64,000 nt of DNA from the human T2T-CHM13v2.0 reference genome, Homo sapiens, in assembly GCF_009914755.1 (NCBI RefSeq), contig NC_060929.1; one strand, given 5' to 3'. The translations under genes were made by a program, and so were the position numbers. Below, one piece after another: positions 58,301-64,000 of the stretch. The notes beneath the pieces were generated by a model that was given only the letters and a program-made list of their open reading frames with translations, was not told where the DNA came from and ran no database searches. Each line of letters begins with the position of its first letter. Within the stretch, counting starts at the first letter, position 1.

Positions 58301-58517
58301 GGAAGCAAGCACATCCTACCTTGGTGGAGCAGGAGAGAGTGAAGGGGGAAGTGCTACACACTTTTAAACAACCAGATCTCATGAGAAATCATTATCACAA
58401 GAATAGCAAGGGCAGGTCTGCCCCCATGATCCAGTCGTCTCACATCAAGTCCTACCTCCAACACTCAGGATTATAATTCATTAGATTTGGGTGGTGACAC
58501 AGAGACAAACCATATCA
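55387..58517 (-). mobile_element. THE1D/MSTA-like MaLR provirus: LTR 55387-55761, internal 55762-57392, LTR 57393-58517 (interrupted by an L1)
   Basis: Two homologous LTRs ending AAACCATATCA; polypurine tract at 55762-55780; TGGTAC PBS-like site near 57385; about 1.6 kb THE1-int type interior. Confidence 0.9.
57465..58204 (+). mobile_element. 5'-truncated, 5'-inverted L1PA (L1PA4/5-like) in the THE1 LTR
   Basis: 57465-57909 antisense, 57910-58204 sense ending AAAGTATAATAATAAAA. TSD AAAAGAGGTTTA at 57453-57464 and 58205-58216. Confidence 0.92.
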
Positions 58518-58533
58518 GAGGCTTTACATGTTA

Positions 58534-58535
<2 letters not shown>

Positions 58536-58566
<31 letters not shown>
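58536..58566. repeat. (CA)n microsatellite
   Basis: Seen directly. Confidence 0.95.
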
Positions 58567-58568
<2 letters not shown>

Positions 58569-60314
58569 CTCCCTAAGCTTAGGACTAACCTCACTAAACT
58601 GAGTTTGGAGACTGGCATACAGTTCAGGGAACATGGGAACATGTTTTATACTGTTGTCATTTCCTTTCCACTTTCTTTCCCAATTTCGAAAAGATATTCT
58701 ACTGTTGAAAACAGACTAATGTGAAATCTTTTGAACCTGATTTTTCCCCACGCATAAACTAGCAACTGAAATGCAGAGGCAATTAATTCAGAGAAATAAA
58801 GAATGGAGATTTAAGCCTTGGGAAATAAATTCTAGTTTTTATTAAATATTTGGACTAGCATAAGAGGAAAGTATATTTATTGATGTATTTTTTCCCAAAG
58901 CTTAGCGTATTTTATCTGAGTGATTACCAATCTTTCGTCATAGACATTTATGTCAAACCACTCATTCCTGCCCCCAAATTACCACGGCAATGCAAAGTAA
59001 TCTGAAAAATCATTGTCAACCTAGGTGCACATTGGTCTGAGGAATGGTGAATATTTTTTCTCCACTTAGGAAGATTGTCCTGCTCAGTCATGGAATCACT
59101 CTGCGAAAAAGAGAACACCACAAAAGCAGTAGATTCATTTTTAGTGCTCAATGGAGGGGAGCTGACCCAGCTTAATTACTGTGGTTACTGTAAGAGTTAT
59201 TGCCTTTCTAATGCCTTCTTCCTGCAGGCTAACCTGCAGCACCTTTTGATACCCAATGGCAGGAATTTCCTATGAAGTGTTGCCTTTAGGATCACTTTTT
59301 CTAGAAGAGTCATATCCCTGAAATATTTTTTCATCGTGTTTCAGCAACCCATAGAATTTGGAGTAAAATTCAGAGCCATATTAATGAGAAGGCAAGCTGA
59401 GTATCTACCTAGGATGCAGATCTAAAAGGGGAACTGAAACATCGCTGGAATAAATTGGCAAAATGTAAATTGGTTTCACTCCTCACTGGTGTCAACCTGT
59501 CTGTGTTGAGTACTTTTGTGAATCACACATGAGCTCACCATCAGCTCAGTTCCAAAAATCAATAATGCATGTTGTTTTGCTTACCAGGAATGAGTGATTT
59601 AGTTTAATTATCTAAATGTTAAACCCTTAATTTTCCTCCAAAGATATTGTCTCATTTAGAAAATTATTAAAAAAAATTAAGAGAGAAAATTGCAGAAAAG
59701 GTAAGAAATATTTTGCTGTTATTTTTCAAAATACACATTATATAATATGTATAAATATACATTATACAATATGTATGCCTTTCTGTAGCTAGTGAGGTTA
59801 GTAAATGACAGTTTTCATATACAGTTTTTATTAATGAAAAAATCAGTTTCTTTCCTTTTAGCTTCCATAAAAAATGATATAAATATTTAAAGAAAATATT
59901 GTATGAGAGGTGCCAAATCATTAGCCTTCCCAGAGCAACCACTGGTCTTCAGTCAACTCTGAATGACACAATATCTTTTCAGCTTTTCAGCGTCTTTATT
60001 GTGGGAGCTAATACATAAACGGAAGGTATTTAGATTTGGTGCCAACCTTTAAAAGCCCATGTACTACATGTGTTCTTATTAAATAATCAACTCCTTTAAT
60101 TTTAGTGAACCATTCTTTTGATTGTTATTTTTTTCCCCAACTCTCTAATGCCTTCACTTCTTTGCTTTTAATCTAGAAACATTTTTTGTTTGGCCAATTC
60201 ATCATCAGTTATGAATTCTCACAATGTCATTTATAATTCATTCTGGAATATCATGCTAATTCTACATCAAATTAATTTAGTTTTACTCAGTCATTAGAAG
60301 ACTAACCACAGTTT

Positions 60315-60740
60315 TCTGAGGACTTACCATATGTCAGGCACTGCATACATTTATACGATATGCATTCATTTTATCCTCATAGTAACCTCCTAACATATAT
60401 ATTACTATATCCATTCAAGATGAGAAAACAGAAACTAAAACACATTGCGTTTTTTGTTTTTTGTTTTTTTTTTGCCTAAAGTTTCACAGACAATAACAGA
60501 ACTAAAACTTGACCCCAGGTACATCAACTTGTCTGATGGTGAAACTCATGCTCTAGAAGCCTGTGCTGTCATTCATATCTATCATTTATTGAGCATATGA
60601 TACACACCATGTTCTGCACTGGGCACTTTGCATTTATTTCAGATGAACTCTCCAAAGTTCAGAAAGGCTAAATATCTGCCTAAATGGTTTCATGCCCTGT
60701 AAGTAGCAAAGCTTAAAGTCAGGCCTGTTCTCTCCAAGTA
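60315..60740 (-). mobile_element. MIR fragments
   Basis: GAGGACTTACCATATGTCAGGCACTG...ATCCATTCAAGATGAGAAAACAGAA; second copy from ATTTATTGAGCA. Confidence 0.65.
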
Positions 60741-61463
60741 TACAAATGATCACAATGCATCCCAACCTTTAGATAGAGTTGGGAGTTTTCTTGGATTGAC
60801 TGTAATACTGACAACTCCCTCAATAACTAGTATCTCCACTGGCATAAATGAAAGTCTTTAATATTGCTGAATTTTTAATCTTTAGGAACTAGTGTTTTTG
60901 TTTGTTTGCTTGCCTGTTTGATATAGCTGTGAGGATACTTGTCCACATCTTGGTTACTCAGTGCTTACCTTCTTCCAGGGAATTCTGGATGACATCTGGC
61001 CAGAATTTTTCACATATGAAAATTAGCTGTACGTATTACTTTTTGAAGCTTTAATATGGGCTAGGGTTGCTGTCTATCCTTTCATTCCTAATGTTCCCTT
61101 TAGCAGGTAAATGAACAGTTTATAAACACTTATCTTAAGTCATTTTTCATTTGGCCTTTCATTTTATTTTGGCAAAAGCAGAGAGAGAAAAATCTATATT
61201 AAGCTAGAGACTTAGCTTATTAACACTGCAGTATTTAACAAACCATTCTCACTTACTTAGATGTCAGGCAGATTTTCTCTGTTTTTAGTTCAGTTTCATG
61301 AAAAGAGTAGCATTAAGAAACATTTGCTTTAATTCTTGTCAGTTATCAAATATCAACTATGCCTAAGCTCGAATGATTGTTTTAAACAGATATTCTCCTA
61401 AATGGATTCCATTCATCAAATCAGTTTAGGTAGCTGCTGTGGTTGGCCACTAACTGGGGCTCT

Positions 61464-63991
61464 TGAGGTAAAGAGCTTTAGACATGGTTCCCAGTGACTC
61501 CTGGTATTCATGCCTTTGTACAGTACCCTCTCCTTGAGTGTGATCTGGATCTAGTGACTTGCTTCTAATAAGTAGAATACATCAAAAGTGATAGGTGCAA
61601 TTTCCATGCTTACGTTACAAAAAGATACTGGCTTTCATCTTGCTAGAATTCTTCCTTGCTGTTATTCTCTTTTGCTCTCTTACTTGCTCACTTTAATGAA
61701 GCAAGCTGCCATATTATGCAATGAGAAGCCCTACTTGGTAAGGAACAGAGACAGACATCTGGCCAAAAGTTTTTGAGGAACTGAGGTCCTTATTCCAACA
61801 GCCCATGCAAGACTGAATCCTGCCAACAACAATATGAGTGATTGGGAAGCAAATCCTTCCCAGTTGAGCCATGAGATGACTGCAACCCTGTGAGAGATCC
61901 TGAGCTGGAGGACCTGGATAAGTGCACCCAGAATCCTGACCCACAGTGTGAGATGATACATGTTGTTTTAAGCCACTAAGTTTTAGGGTAATTTGTTATG
62001 CAGCCATAGATAATTAATACAGACTTTGGTACTGAGAGTGGGGTTCTTCCATAACAAACGTCTACAAATGTGGAGTACACTGGAACTGGGCATTGAGTGG
62101 ATGCTGGAGGAATGTTGAAGATCATGATAAGAAAGCCAGACTGCCTGGAACAGATTGTTACTAGAAATTTGGATATTGAAGATATTGCCAGTGAGGGTCA
62201 ACAGAAAGCAAGGAACATGTTATTGGAAAATAGAAGAAGGTGGATCCTTGTCGTGGAATAGCAAAAGATTAATGACATTGTTGTCTACAGTTATATCTAA
62301 AGGAGAATATTTGCCTAATAAACTTGGTAACTTAGCTGAAAAGATTTCCAAGAAAAATGTTATAGGTCATGCTTAATTTCTTCTCACTGCTTATAGTGAA
62401 ATGTGAGAGAAAGAAAGAGAAATTGAGATGACTATTAAACAATAAGAAGATGTAAATTAATAATTTTGAGAAATTATCAGCTCCTCCAGGCAGCAAAAAA
62501 TTCTAAAATTAAGAAATGGCATCAGAGAACTGTCAGAAAAAAACATGGCCTCGAGATAATCCTGGCCTAGGAGAAAAGTTGAGGGTGTAACTATTCTTAT
62601 TCTTAGAAAAATAAATTGAATTAATATTCAGTCACGCAAAGGGATTCAGGTTAAGTCTCACAGATTCCCTCAGGCAAGCAATGTAGCCTCTAGGAAGCTG
62701 AAGAACATTGTCCCTCAGCTATCTCAGCACGAACTCAAGGTACAGAAGGGCTTTCCTCAAAGACATTTGTGGCTGTGGGTTTTTAAAGTGGATTTAACCC
62801 CAATAGGATTCACAGGAGGCTCACAAAGTTTTTGAGAAAACTATACTAGCAGGTACATTGCTAGTTTCAACTGAAAGGGGCAGAGAGAGGGCAAAATGAA
62901 AAGAAGAATTATATTTCCCCAAATGCTACTGTCAGGAAGCTAGATGAGAGAGCAATTTCTCCACAACCATGTACTATCTTTTATGAAAAATAGATGAAGA
63001 CTCAGAGAAACAAACCAAGTACTCAAAGGGTAGAGCTGAGAGCCATGGAAAAGTTTTCCCAGAACTTGAAACCTGATAAAGGAATTTGCAACATTTGTCT
63101 AGCTTTTTTTCCGAATTGCTGTGGACTTTTTCTGTCTTCTGTTTTCCCTCCTTTTGAGCAGGAGTATCTAAAATGGTTATCTTATGCTTGTCCCAGCGTT
63201 AAGTGTTTGGGTGTGTTGGAGCAGGTATCTTGTCCCTTTAGTTTTTCAGATCTACAGATGGAGAAGTGTACCCCAGGAGCTACACCTGAGGATCTTCATC
63301 CACACATAGGCTTGATTTTGAAGATAAGCCTCTGGTATCTGACTTGATGCTGTAGTGGGATGAGACTTTTGGAGATCATAGCAGGGGCTGAAAGGATTTT
63401 GCATGTGGAAGGGACATGTATAAGTGGGAACAGGGGGTAGACTGTGAGAGACAGCTTCTAACATGACTCCCAGTGACCTAGCCCTCTCTCCTCTGGCATT
63501 TATGATCTTCTCCTCTTGAAGGCAATTTAGACCCAGTGACTTGCTTCTAACAAACAGGATATGGCAAATGTGTTGGAGTGTTACTTCCCTGATGAGGTTA
63601 GAAAAGACTGTGACTCCTTTCTTTCTAATACCTGCTAACTTACTGGTACTCTTTCTTGCTCTCTAGCTTGCTCTGATGATGCAAGCTGCTATGTTGTGAG
63701 ATTTTTCGATGAAGATGTCCATGTGGCAAAGAACTAAGGAAAAATCTCTGGCCAACAGCATGTGAGGAACTCAGACTCATTCCAACAGCTTGCAGGAAAA
63801 TGAATCTTGCCAGCAACCATAAGAGTCAGCTAGAATGATATTCTTCCTAATCATGCCTTGAGATGACTGTAGCCTTGTTAGAGAATCTGAGCTGGAGAAC
63901 CCTGACTTGGAGATGCGTAAAATACATGTGTTTTATTTTAGTCTGCTGTGTTTTGGGGCAACTTGTTACACAGCAATAGATAACAAATACA
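61464..63991 (+). mobile_element. Two-LTR MLT1 (MLT1E/F-like) provirus: LTR 61464-62021, internal 62022-63442, LTR 63443-63991
   Basis: Both LTRs share CCCAGTGAC, AGTGACTTGCTTCTAA, GCAAGCTGC and TAGATAA..AATACA. TTGGTAC follows the first LTR and a purine tract precedes the second. Near-TSD GCTCT/GCTCA. Confidence 0.85.
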
Positions 63992-64000
63992 GCTCATTTC

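Noticed and set aside
59391-59961. Possible hAT-Tip100-like DNA transposon remnant
   Set aside because: Only vague terminal similarity; I cannot support a family or boundaries without a profile search.

Overview
AT-rich, gene-poor primate genomic DNA, hominoid-like given AluY, a short-5'UTR L1PA2/3 and an LTR12. It is intergenic or intronic, with no recognisable host protein-coding exon, and most of it is transposable-element sequence. The main structures are: a near-complete Hsmar2 mariner (2917-4500) interrupted by an AluY; a decayed tRNA-Pro-primed ERV1 provirus with a MER61-like 5' LTR (about 8760-21287, minus strand); a young twin-primed (5'-inverted) L1 inside that provirus (12686-18405); an internally deleted L1 5' end fused to a tail-less Alu (23979-25200); solo LTRs with target-site duplications (THE1, MER4, LTR12); a two-LTR THE1D-like provirus carrying a second twin-primed L1; and a two-LTR MLT1 provirus. 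In the inverted L1, an intact ORF1 (+) and a 977-codon ORF2 remnant (-) now diverge from the retained antisense-promoter part of the 5'UTR. The RT catalytic Asp600 of that ORF2 is mutated, so it is probably not an active enzyme. I found no convincing novel multi-gene system; the most interesting signals are rearranged-retroelement architectures and DNA-repair scars. Subfamily names come from recalled consensus sequences and need Dfam/RepeatMasker confirmation.
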